From: Eledone cirrhosa
Lineage: Eukaryota
DNA: 64,000 bases
NCBI GenBank assembly: GCA_964016885.1
Contig: OZ024760.1
Span: 20,212,001 to 20,276,000 of the forward strand
Direction of reading: 5' to 3'
This document shows positions 54,570 through 64,000 of this stretch, in pieces. Numbering within the stretch: position 1 is the stretch's first letter; every line of letters starts with the position of its first letter. The notes beneath the pieces are model-generated. The model made no database searches. It saw nothing but the letters and a program-made list of their open reading frames with translations, and was not told the origin of the DNA. The position numbers and the translations under genes are program-made.

Positions 54570-54790
54570 ATTTACAGCCATATCATTCTTGTTAAAAGCA
54601 GCAGTTCTCGTTTGATCACTGAAGATGAGCAGCATAGAACCTAGTTAGTACTTAGATGGGTGACCTCTTGGGAAACTTAGCTGATGCAAGCATCCTTTTT
54701 GTCCAACCCTTGCTAGCGGGGAAAGTGGACATTATCATGATGATGATATTGATGATGATGATGATGATGATTATGATTATGATTACAACG
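54570..54790 (+). pseudogene. Degenerate 5S rRNA copy fused to RTE-type tail (SINE3-like)
   Basis: tacagccata...gttctcgtttgatcactgaagatgagcagc...gttagtacttagatgggtgacctcttgggaa aligns by eye to full-length 5S rRNA; followed by aacccttgctagc..ggaaagtggac + (GAT)n. Confidence 0.8.
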
Positions 54791-54988
54791 ATAGTGTTGT
54801 ATGATGTAGACATATTTATTCAATAACAGCACAGAGTTATGGCCCTTTACATTCTGGGTTCAAATACCACCGAGGTTAACTTTGTCTTTCATCCTTATGG
54901 AGTCGATAAAATAAAGTACCAGTAATGCACTGGGATAATTGCTGGCCTTGTGCCAAAAGTAGAAACAATGATTTATTCAATAACTTAC

Positions 54989-55096
54989 TTGCAAGGTTCG
55001 TGTTGTCTGTCAGCTACTTTCACCCAATGTTGTTGGTCAATGGATACTTCGATATAATAACTGTAACTTCTGTCATCGCAGTCCCACAGTAATAAC
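54989..55096 (-). CDS. BTBD9: BTBD9 coding exon (LLLWDCDDRSYSYYIEVSIDQQHWVKVADRQHEPCK)
   Basis: Hand translation; ttgtag acceptor, AA/gtaagt donor, 108 bp. Confidence 0.93.
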
Positions 55097-55114
55097 CTAC
55101 AACAGAAATATTAT

Positions 55115-55612
55115 ATCATCATCATTATCATCATTTTATGTCCGCTTTTCCCTGCTTGCTAGGGTTTGGCGGGTCCTATTCAGCACAGCATCCCTCCACT
55201 TGTCACGGTCCTTCGTCATCTCCACCGTGAGCTTCAGTGATCTGAGGTCTGTTCTCATCACCTCCACCCATGTTTTTCGTGGTCTACCTCTACCACATCT
55301 TCCTTCAACTGGCACTTCTTCACCCATCGGTCATCCTCCATGCGCATCACATGTCAATACCACCGCAGTCTCCTCTCCTGTACATTACATTCTATCCCTC
55401 TCAGACACAGTTTCTCTCTCAACACATTCATGCTGGGTCGTTCACGCACATTGACACTGCACATCCAACGGAGCATGCTTGCCTCATTTCTCTCCAGCCA
55501 TCGCATATCCTCTGCAGTTGCTGCCCATGTCTCACTACCATGCAGCATCGCGCTCCTCACACAAGCATCATATAACCGGCCTTTCGTACACAGGGAGAAA
55601 CCCTTCTTCGTC
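55115..55612 (-). mobile_element. RTE-clade LINE 3' fragment in BTBD9 intron
   Basis: KGRLY.ACVRSAMLHGSETWA...RLRW...GRGRPRKTW. Confidence 0.85.
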
Positions 55613-55684
55613 ATTATATATATAATATAAATGATATATACATATATAATATATAACACATATATATATAACAATTGTTATATA

Positions 55685-56053
55685 CAGGGGGAGTCAAAAT
55701 TATGCTAACACTAGTATGGGAGAAATCATTTATTCAGAATTTACTGAACAGTCTCAACCTGGTCACCAGCAGGATCAATACACAAAAACCAGCGATCAAC
55801 AGCACAATTTAATGCCTTGACACACATTTCGCGGGGAATACTTGATATGACACCTTGTATTCTGTCCTTGAGTTCATCGATGTCTCTAACTTTTTTGCTA
55901 TACACGCGCTCCTTTACCATGCCCCATAACCAGAAGTCACAGGGTGTCAGATCAGGGGAGTATGCAGGCCATGCTAATGGTCCACCGCGACCTATCCAAC
56001 GATGTGGAAATATTTGATCGAGAAAAGTGTTAACATAATTTTGACTCGCCCTG
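55685..56053 (-). mobile_element. Internally deleted Tc1/mariner-superfamily transposon
   Basis: ~27-bp TIRs (CAGGGGGAGTCAAAATTATGCTAACAC / GTGTTAACATAATTTTGACTCGCCCTG), TA on both sides, transposase C-terminus WIGRGG..WPAYSPDLTPCDFWLWG. Confidence 0.9.
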
Positions 56054-56088
56054 TATATGTGTGTGTATATAATAAATACTGTAGCTAC

Positions 56089-56278
56089 CTCATTGAACTG
56101 CACATGTATGGCTGTGCCAGCTGCACGACAATTGCACCACTGCCAAGCTGGTGACATGTATAGCCAGAGTCCCAGTCATATTGGTGTATATCACCATTGA
56201 TCAAGGCATTCCTGCTGCGACTTACTCCTTCAATGACACAAGCACTAGACTGGATCGTGGAAACATTCTCCTGAGGCA
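56089..56278 (-). CDS. BTBD9: BTBD9 coding exon (VPQENVST...VIEGVSRSRNAL...YDWDSGYTCHQLGSGAIVVQLAQPY)
   Basis: Near-invariant BTBD9 motif; tttcag acceptor, AG/gtagct donor, 190 bp. Confidence 0.95.
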
Positions 56279-57662
56279 CTGAAAAAACACAAAACAACAG
56301 TCAACCATCTTTAATTATATTACATCTCTGGCATATTAATTATAGAAAACAGTTTTAAAATGTTAAAAGATTATTCCATGACTGGACGCTTAATTAGGGT
56401 GATGGTTATGTTTAAGGTTAGCTTAAGTGGAGAAGAGAGCAGTAAATATATAAGTGTGTGTGTGTGTGCCCAGCCTACACTGTAAAGTGGTCGTGTAGCT
56501 GTCACAGCAAAAAGCACTTAGTACTCACTGTAAATGAGGTTGGCGTTAGGAAGGGCATCCAGCTGTAGAAACCAAGCCCAAAACCGGTTCTGTATGAGCA
56601 AGACATGGTCACCTGACCTGGCATTGCCCACAACAGGACAACTTGTCTAACCCATGCCAGTGTGGAAAAATGAACGTAAAATGGTGATGGTGATGATGAT
56701 GATGATGTAGTACAAATTTGGTAGAAATATCCAAGGGTTAGAGCACAGTCCATAGCACGAGTTAAGTATAATTAGTTAATTAATTACAACAGTGACATGT
56801 ACAGGTTGGGGTATATACCCCAACGAAACTTGAGCACCTGCATATGTCACTGTTATAACTAATTATCAAACTATCGAGTGAGTTTCAATGGTGTTAAGTA
56901 ACTGAGATTATGTGGCTTGCTCCCTCCTGTTCGGGATGCCAGCCCATCACAAATCTAACCCTCCCCTCCCCCTGTCATTGTAAAAGTCTGTTCCAAGACT
57001 AGAGATTCATCAAGCTGAAGTTTATCCCAGTTTCAATGGAGTTAAGGCACTGAGAGTAGAAAACGCCTTCCGATCAAGGGGAGGTAATTCAGTAGTTCCT
57101 AACTTGATGTGTGTGTGTAGGACACATTTCAGATTTATTTTTACTCAATCTTCTAGTTACATGGGAATTTATACACATACACAGAAACATATTTCTTTAG
57201 CTGACTTCTTTATAAACATCATCGTCGTTTTAACGCCTGTTTTCTCCGCTAGTCAAGATAGGAAAACACTATCCATAGCTAAATGTTTCCAAAACATTTA
57301 TTATCAGACATGGAAAAAAAAAAGTGATAGTATTTTATATGTGCATATAATATATGTGTGTATTTTTTTTCATTTTAAAACATTCAGGGATGATATCTTC
57401 AAGCTATGTTAGATTTCAAGTAGATTAGCAAAATTTGTCAGCATTAGATGAAAGGCAATGAACGACAGACGACATGACAGAAAGAATGGTGGGAAAAGTT
57501 GGGTAGAATATCTGTCAAGTTGTACATTATTCTATGTACTATACATGCACTTTTGATGAGTTGTATGTAGTGCACCTGAGCATTGTACACAATAATTTTC
57601 ATTATTATTATTATTATTATATTACCACAGGAAAAATTGGGTAAAATATGTTGATACATTAC

Positions 57663-57772
57663 CTACAAGCCCTTCCTCTAAATGAAATTGTTGATTTGTG
57701 AAAAAACACTCCATGGAAACGACATGAAAAACTCTGTTGACTGTGTTGTGTGTACCGACTAATTTGATGTAC
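57663..57772 (-). CDS. BTBD9: BTBD9 coding exon (YIKLVGTHNTVNRVFHVVSMECFFTNQQFHLEEGLV)
   Basis: Hand translation matches recalled BTBD9 YIRIVGTHNTVNKIFH; cctcag acceptor, G/gtaatg donor, 110 bp. Confidence 0.92.
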
Positions 57773-58158
57773 CTGAGGAGAGAAAAGAAAAGTTAAAGAG
57801 TTGATATATTTGTGACATGTTGGATGATTGTTCCCAGTGGATAGCAGCTGCAACCTGCAGTAGAGGAAGGCCAAGGAAGACCTGTTGAGCAAAAGTGGTG
57901 AAAGCAGACCTCAAATTACTGAAACTGGTAGATGAAATGACAAAGGAAGGCAGTAAGTGGAGTGGAGTGGAGTGGAGTGGAGTGAAGCTGTGTTGGAAAA
58001 GACCCATCCAACCCATGCAAGCAGGGAAGAACAGACCTAAAATGAGGATTATTATGATGATGATGTTGAGAGTTGAACACATGTGGAAGCAGGTGTTTTT
58101 AATGTAATTACTAGAAATAGCAACTGAATCTTCCTCAAATCACATCCTAGCATTTTAA

Positions 58159-58291
58159 CCCTTTAGCATTTAAACCAGCCGTATTTTGTTCAAACCATAG
58201 ATTTGATATTATGTGAGATAATTATGTGAAATAAAGCCATTACTGTGAAAATACGATAGTAAATATATAAAATAATATAAATGGTAAAGGG
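58159..58291. mobile_element. piggyBac-like MITE (relatives 45834-45969, 49015-49208, probably 47850-48502)
   Basis: TTAA-CCCTTTA...TAAAGGG-TTAA; shared internal gatattatgtgagat...aaatatagagtaatgtgaat. Confidence 0.7.
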
Positions 58292-59140
58292 TTAAATAAA
58301 GATACTATGATTAGAGGTTTCTCTTCATATAGGAAACATGAAGACACATGGCTTAGTGGTTAAGAGTTAAACTGATGATTGTAAGGTTGTGAGTTCAACT
58401 CCTAGATCAGGTGAGACATTATCTCCTTGAGCAAGACACTTTATTTCACATTGCTCCAGTCCAGTGTCCTCGAACAGGACATTTATCTCACATTGCTCCA
58501 GTCCACTGTGTCCTTGAGCAAAACACTTTATTTCACGTTGCTCCAAGACACTTTATTTCAAGTTGCTCCAGTCCACTGTGTCCTTGAACAAGACACTTTA
58601 TTTCATGTTGCTCCAGTCCAGTGTCCTTGAACAGGACATTTATTTCATATTGCTCGAGTCCACTGTGTCCTTAAGCAAGTCACTTTATTTCACGTTGCTC
58701 CAATTCATTGTGTCCTTGAGCAAGACACTTTATTTGACGTTGCTCCAGTCCATTCAGCTAGCAGAAAGGTGAGTAGTGCCTATAATTGAAAAGAGGAGCA
58801 GCCCTTCCACACATACACACACTGTGTTATGCTGAATCTCCCTGAGAGCTACATTAATGATACACATGTCTGTGGAATACTCTCAAGCAGGCTGTTTCAT
58901 TGTTCGAACAACTTGAGCACACATTGTCATAACTAAGAGAGGCCAAGAGGAATATAGAGGGGAGAAAAGACTTGTGGGAATATAGGGGGGGTCATGGGTA
59001 TATAGGGGGAAAGTGTGTGGGAGGAAAGACCCATGGGAAAACAAGGGGAAAAACAAAAACAGAAACATTGTTAGAATGATTTAGGTGGTTGATGTACTCG
59101 ATGAGGGTTGACCTAGGGTTAAACAACAACAGTAACTTAC

Positions 59141-59260
59141 CTGACAACTTTAGCTGGGAAATGTAACATCTGCCAGGAACGACATAAATATTTGGTGTGA
59201 TCAATGATACGTTGGTAATCTTTATCATCCATTGATACTTCAATATAGTAAGAATATGAT
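59141..59260 (-). CDS. BTBD9: BTBD9 coding exon (SYSYYIEVSMD...YLCRSWQMLHFPAKVVR)
   Basis: ttacag acceptor, AG/gtaagt donor, 120 bp. Confidence 0.93.
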
Positions 59261-59384
59261 CTGTAAAGATAGAGAATAGAGAATAGAGAGAGAGAGAATA
59301 TAGAGAGGGAGAATATAAAGAGAGAGAATAGAGAGAGAAAATTATAACTAACATGCACCCAGTATACCCTGTAAAGTAGTAACC

Positions 59385-59730
59385 ACACTCACCTTATGCC
59401 CACTCACCATGGTATCCACACTCACCTCATATCTCTGCCCCACTCACCATGGTAGCTACACTCACTTCATATCTCTGTCCCACTCACCATGGTATCCACA
59501 CTCACCTCATATCTCTGTCCCACTCACCATGGTATCCACACTCACCTCATATCTCTGTCCCACTCACCATGGTATCCACACTCACCTCATATCTCTGTCC
59601 CACTCACCATGGTAGCTACACTCACCTCATAACTCTGTTCCACTCACCTCATATCTGTGGTATCCACACTCACCTCATATCTCTGTCCCACTCACCATGG
59701 TAGCTACACTCACCTCATATCTCTGTCCCA
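59385..59730 (-). repeat. 40-bp minisatellite built from BTBD9 exon end + splice donor
   Basis: Unit (- strand) TGGGACAGAGATATGAG/gtgagtgtggataccatggtgag. Confidence 0.92.
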
Positions 59731-59933
59731 TAGAAGCATCTTAATGGTGTTAATGATATATGGCTGACCAAGTTCTATGACAATTCCTTGACCATTATTA
59801 TCATCAATGGGATGCCGGGTGAATCCTCGGTCAAAGTCGTACATCTGTGTGTCTCCATCCAGCAGAGCTGTTCTCATCTCACCTTTTATTACCTGAGCAC
59901 CGTGGCTAATTGTGGCAATGTTTTCCTCAGGTA
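59714..59933 (-). CDS. BTBD9: BTBD9 coding exon (VPEENIAT...LLDGDT...LLWDRDMR; first discoidin/F5-8-like domain)
   Basis: tttcag acceptor, AG/gtgagt donor, 220 bp. Confidence 0.92.
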
Positions 59934-60144
59934 CTGAAACAGGTGAAAATAAATTAATTTTTTGGGGGGGTGAGGGATGATAAAGAAAAAATATAAAATT
60001 AAAATTTGAGATTCTCTTAAAATGGAAATAGTAAGCGGAGAATGGAAATTAGTTAATGTGTGTGTGTGTGAGTTGTTGTGGGTGTGTGAGAGAGACTGTG
60101 TGGATGTGTGAATATATATTTGTGAGTGTGTGTGTGTGTATGTG

Positions 60145-60835
60145 GATTTTACCTCCTATTTGATAGCCAGAGGAGCATTCTTCTTCAGTTTGGTAGATAA
60201 GTGCAGCTATAGTTATACAGAAAAGAAGTGCTGATAGTACATCCCCCTGCTTAACTCCTTTCAAGATGTCTATACACCGTGTAGCTCCCAAATCTATTTT
60301 GATATTAGCTGTTGATGTATTTTTTTGTTAATTGTGGTCTTGTTTAAGAGTTGCCGTAAGCTGGGTAGTTTACTATCATTTGAAGACTAAGATCTTCGAT
60401 ACTTACTTACAACCTATCAGTTGTGTTCTGTGTTAATTGGACGACAAGGTCACTTCAGAAGCTCTCTACATTCCAGAACCACATCATGAGACTTATGACT
60501 GGCAAGCGGCTCAGTGACCGTATCTGTATCAGTGAGCTGCTCAACATTACCAAACTTAAACCAATTACATCAATTGTCAAGTTAAGAGTACTCAAACTAT
60601 ATGACCATATCAAAAAATCAACTTGCGGTGTGAGTAGGTTATGCTTGGAAGGAAAGTTGGCTGGTAAGAGAAGCAGAGGCCGGCAGCCAAAACAATGGCT
60701 TGATAATATCAACTTATGGACTGGACTTGATCTTTTCTCTTTAAACTCTGCTGCTGGTGATCGAACTTTGTGGAGAAAAATATCTCGTGTTGATGCGCAG
60801 TCTGCAACTGGTGGAGTTTAGCGTCGTAATAGTAG
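60145..60835. mobile_element. LINE remnant: RT fragment on - (60145-60320) next to C-terminal fragment on + (60380-60821)
   Basis: KGVKQGDVLSALLF RT motif; LEGKLAGKRSRGRQPKQWLDNI. Confidence 0.75.
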
Positions 60836-61156
60836 TAGTGTGTATGTGTGTATATAAGTATTGCTGTGTGTTTATGAGACCGCGTGAATATGTAAATAGA
60901 TATGTATTTCTGTGAGTGTGTATGTTGCTCTGTGTCTGTTTTTGTGTGTGTGCATGTGTGAATATGTATGCGTTTCTGTGAGTGTGTGTATGCATGTGTG
61001 TGTAGTTTTGTGAGTTGTGTGTGTGTTTGTTGTATAAATTAGTAACCAATATGGCATCTGATACAGACTATGAAACAATTAGGCATTTAAACAAGTAACT
61101 AGTGGCAGAGTTTACTGATAGATAGACAAGCTTCAGGAAAATGATGAAGATCTTAC

Positions 61157-61421
61157 CAAGAAAACCACGGTACTTGAGATCCATTCCCCGACACTCCCAG
61201 ATAACCTGGATAGCGTCCAATATGGCATTTGGGGACACAAGATTTGTGGGTCGTACAACCTCAAACAGGTCCTTTATTGAGATTAACGGCAGTCGTACTG
61301 CGTCCAGCACAGAGGCACGGTCCACACCAGGATTACATTCACACCATTTGCAGATGGCATGGAAGATCTTGATTTCTTGGGCACAAAAGGAATCACGAGA
61401 TAGAAGTTCTTTGACAGACGA
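61157..61421 (-). CDS. BTBD9: BTBD9 coding exon (BACK domain, SSVKELLSRDSF...AVRLPL...YRGFL)
   Basis: ttccag acceptor, G/gtaaga donor, 265 bp, phase consistent. Confidence 0.93.
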
Positions 61422-62013
61422 CTGGAAAACAGTAAAAAATAAACAGTGAGTCTTATTTTATTTTCATAATGTGCCGTGTATTGGCAGAATTGTTAGGGTT
61501 TCATTAGGGTTATGGATTGGTAGAGTTCATTAAAGTGGTGTATTGGTAGAGCATCAGATAAAATGCTATTGTAATATTTGTTCTGGAACTCTATATCCTG
61601 AGTTCAAATTCTGCCAAGGTTAACTTCGCTTTTCATTCTTCCGGGGTTGATAAAATAAAGTATCAGTCATGTACTGAGGTTGTTGTAATGGATTCCTTTT
61701 CCACCTTGGGTTCTATGAAACAAAACCACCCATTTTAAAGGGTTCCTTTATGAACTATAAACTCCCAACAAATTTTATATAACAACCATACATTAAGTTA
61801 CAATCTTAGTAATGAAATGATAAATAATTTTGGTAAATCTCTCCAAAATTCCTCATTAATTAATTAATTGTAATGGAGTGTATTTCATTAGAAATATGAC
61901 TGTGAATGGTGGTGCTCCAGCATGGCCTCAGCCTCTTGAATGGAACACGTAAACAGATTAACATCAACAAGGAGAAGAAGAAGAAGAAGAAGAAGACGAC
62001 CAACAAAACTTAC

Positions 62014-62244
62014 CTCTGATAAATTACAGAATGAGGTACTACAGAGTATTTCAAGAGCGTTCCGGTCTATGAATTCCTTACACACCTGACTGAGTGAGAC
62101 CAAACTATACATATTAGCCAGGTCATATATCAGACAGACGTTCTGTATGTTAAGTGTGGCTTTAAGATAATCAGAGATGGAAGATTCCAGCTCCACAAAG
62201 CCATATTGATGAGCTAGGCCTAAAATGTCCAATAGATTCTCTTC
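62014..62244 (-). CDS. BTBD9: BTBD9 coding exon (EENLLDILGLAHQYGF...NLSE; BTB end/BACK)
   Basis: atttag acceptor, GAG/gtaagt donor, 231 bp, phase 0-0. Confidence 0.93.
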
Positions 62245-62599
62245 CTAAATGGAAATAAATAATAAATATATAGTACCCTGCATAATCGATGGTATAGAGA
62301 CATCAACTCACACAAACACATCAACATATACTCTCACACATATACACACTGTCACACATATACACACTGTCACACATATACACGCTCTCACACACACTCA
62401 TAGTCATACATACATACACACACATGCATACACACTCACACTCAGAGACGTAAATACACACATATACATACACACTCTCACACTCATGGAGACATAGATA
62501 CACACATATACATACACACTCTCACACTCATAGAGACATAGATACACACATATACATACACACTCTCACACTCATGGAGACATAGATACACAGACAGAC

Positions 62600-62853
62600 A
62601 GTCCTTACCTTGGCTTCCACCAAATACATTTACTGTACACATATATACACACACCACAGAGAGGCACCACAGACAGAAGCACACATGCAGATACACAGAC
62701 ACAGACACACACACTCCTTACCTTAGCTTCCACCAAATTAATACGTCCACTGCACAGACACACACACACACACACACACCAGACACACACACACCACAGA
62801 CACACACACTCCTTACCTTAGCTTCCACCAAATTAATACGTCCACTGTACATA

Positions 62854-62916
<63 letters not shown>

Positions 62917-63180
62917 CTTACCTTAGCTTCCACTAAATTAATACGTCCACTGTACATATATATACAGACACACACATACACACACACACTCCTTACCTTA
63001 GCTTCCACTAAATTAATACGTCCACTGTACATATACACACACACACACACACACTCCTTACCTTAGCTTCCACTAAATTAATACGTCCACTGTACATATA
63101 CACACACACACAGACACACACACACACACACACTCCTTACCTTAGCTTCCACTAAATTAATACGTCCACTGTACATATAT
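62600..63180 (-). repeat. Tandem copies of BTBD9 exon end + splice donor separated by (TG)n
   Basis: ATGTACAGTGGACGTATTAATTTAGTGGAAGCTAAG/gtaaggag present 7 times including the real junction. Confidence 0.95.
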
Positions 63181-63276
63181 TTGCGTAAGGCATCAAATGC
63201 TTTAGCAGAAGTGTTCTGCAGTTCTATCTTCTTTGTTCCTGGCTGCGACTCCAACATTCCGCCATATAGCAATGCT
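63141..63276 (-). CDS. BTBD9: BTBD9 coding exon (BTB domain, ALLYGGMLESQPG...INLVEAK); upstream coding exon lies beyond window end
   Basis: Matches recalled BTBD9 ALLYGGMRESQP; ttcag acceptor, AAG/gtaagg donor; 136 bp. Confidence 0.93.
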
Positions 63277-63459
63277 CTGAACAATTCAAAAGAAAACCGT
63301 CAGGAGTCAACAACACAACAAGTATTTTGATATCATTTTACACAGCTGGGGTTGGCTAAAGTAGGTGAGTTTTGAGAGCTTTAGCCCTGCAGGTCACATA
63401 ATGTTTGTTTTATGTTCAGATGCCCTTCCTGATTGACACAAAACCTATTACTTACAACA

Positions 63460-63992
63460 CACAGTGGTATGGTGCACCTGTACACAGTGGTATAGTGTAC
63501 CTGTACACAGTGGTATAGTGTACCTGTACACAGTGGTATAGTGTACCTGTACACAGTGGTATAGTGTACCTGTACACAGTGGTATAGTGTACCTGTACAC
63601 AGTGGTATAGTGTACCTGTATACAGTGGTATAGTGCACCTGTACACAGTGGTATAGTGTACCTGTATACAGTGGTATAGTGTACCTGTATACAGTGGTAT
63701 AGTGTACCTGTATACAGTGGTATGGTGCACCTGTACACAGTAGTATAGTCTACCTGCACACAGTGATATAGTGCACCTGTACACAGTGGTATAGTGTACC
63801 TGTATACAGTGGTATAGTGTACCTGTATACAGTGGTATAGTGTACCTGTACACAGTGGTATGGTGCACCTGTACACAGTAGTATAGTCTACCTGCACACA
63901 GTGATATAGTGTACCTGTACACTGTGATATAGAATACCTGTACACACAGTGATATGGTGTACCTATACACACTAGGGATACAGTGTACCTGT
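63460..63992. repeat. 23-bp intronic minisatellite (tacacagtggtatagtgtacctg)
   Basis: Direct inspection. Confidence 0.95.
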
Positions 63993-64000
63993 TCTAAACT

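Noticed and set aside
54570-54692. Functional 5S rRNA gene
   Set aside because: Many substitutions and an insertion, solitary intronic copy, fused to a retro-tail.
55741-56157. BTBD9-transposase fusion ORF
   Set aside because: The transposase remnant ORF overlaps the exon in a different frame, and the BTBD9 frame stops just past the donor.
63448-63992. 23-bp repeat as a fourth donor-derived array (contains CAG/GTACAC on -)
   Set aside because: The parent exon is not visible inside the window, so derivation cannot be supported.

Overview
AT-rich, microsatellite-dense animal genomic DNA. The SINE repertoire and (TA)n/(CA)n load suggest a cephalopod (octopod), which is an inference. Two protein-coding genes converge tail-to-tail: a single-coding-exon Kekkon-like LRR-Ig transmembrane receptor (+, ~40.6-42.8 kb) and BTBD9 (-, ten coding exons between 51.9 and 63.3 kb, first coding exon outside the window). 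All BTBD9 exon phases join into one open frame. The rest is mobile and repetitive DNA: tRNA-derived SINEs, a 5S-rRNA-derived SINE-like copy, RTE-type LINE fragments, Tc1/mariner, piggyBac-like and Helitron-like non-autonomous elements, a 5-kb 40-bp satellite and many minisatellites. Nearly all short ORFs in the track are repeat artefacts. Two less obvious signals stand out. First, about ten type I hammerhead-ribozyme motifs from several sequence families lie in short non-coding, often inverted, (TA)n-associated elements (Penelope-like/retrozyme-like). Second, tandem arrays made from exon-end plus 5' splice-site sequence follow two BTBD9 exons, and a third such array points to an unannotated non-coding exon. 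Coordinates were read by hand; repeat boundaries are approximate.
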